A stretch of 64,000 nucleotides of DNA, from contig CAVWBU010000034.1 of the NCBI GenBank assembly GCA_963753345.1, positions 1 to 64,000 of the forward strand. Direction: 5' to 3'. Source of the stretch: an uncultured Fibrobacterota bacterium (GTDB lineage: Bacteria; Fibrobacterota; Chitinivibrionia; Chitinivibrionales; FEN-1185). Shown here piece by piece: positions 63,986 through 64,000 of the stretch. The translations under genes and the position numbers were made by a program. The notes under the pieces were generated by a model. It ran no database searches, was not told the DNA's origin, and saw only the letters and a list, made by a program, of their open reading frames with translations. Position 1 is the stretch's first letter; the number at the start of each line of letters is the position of its first letter.

Positions 63986-64000
63986 GCCGGTCCATCTGTT

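Overview
A 64 kb bacterial chromosomal window, GC-rich in its core genes. T9SS-type C-terminal sorting motifs together with an Agl/Glt-like TolQR cluster suggest Fibrobacterota (Chitinivibrionia/Chitinispirillia-like); this is inference only. Core blocks: ComEC-like MBL, GT39, patatin-POTRA-barrel, proBA, hisI, eda, alr, folC; an acetate/acetylation cluster (MarC, CoA-transferase-GNAT fusion, ADP-forming acetate-CoA ligase, AcuC-type deacetylase, satP, acs); and ppiD-ctpA-tmk-secA plus PilZ, TonB-like, ExbD and ExbB genes. An accessory island at about 31.5-48.7 kb carries an McrA-like HNH nuclease, an anthrax protective antigen/binary toxin B-like protein, TcmP+DUF5131, a DHFR-like protein, BNR beta-propellers and a methyltransferase. 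Most notable: (1) two dense families of structure-conserved, sequence-variable intergenic repeats (A and B, about 19 copies) that often join as ~420 bp A-linker-B composites and bracket inserted genes; (2) four direct, non-palindromic repeats (three ~165-180 bp, one truncated) that divide part of the island into cassette-like units with no integrase in view; (3) the PA-like pore-former paired with a tiny T9SS-CTD protein. Three ORFs are interrupted (two frameshifts, one in-frame stop). No rRNA, tRNA, CRISPR array or transposase was recognised. All protein calls come from motif recognition by eye, not database searches.
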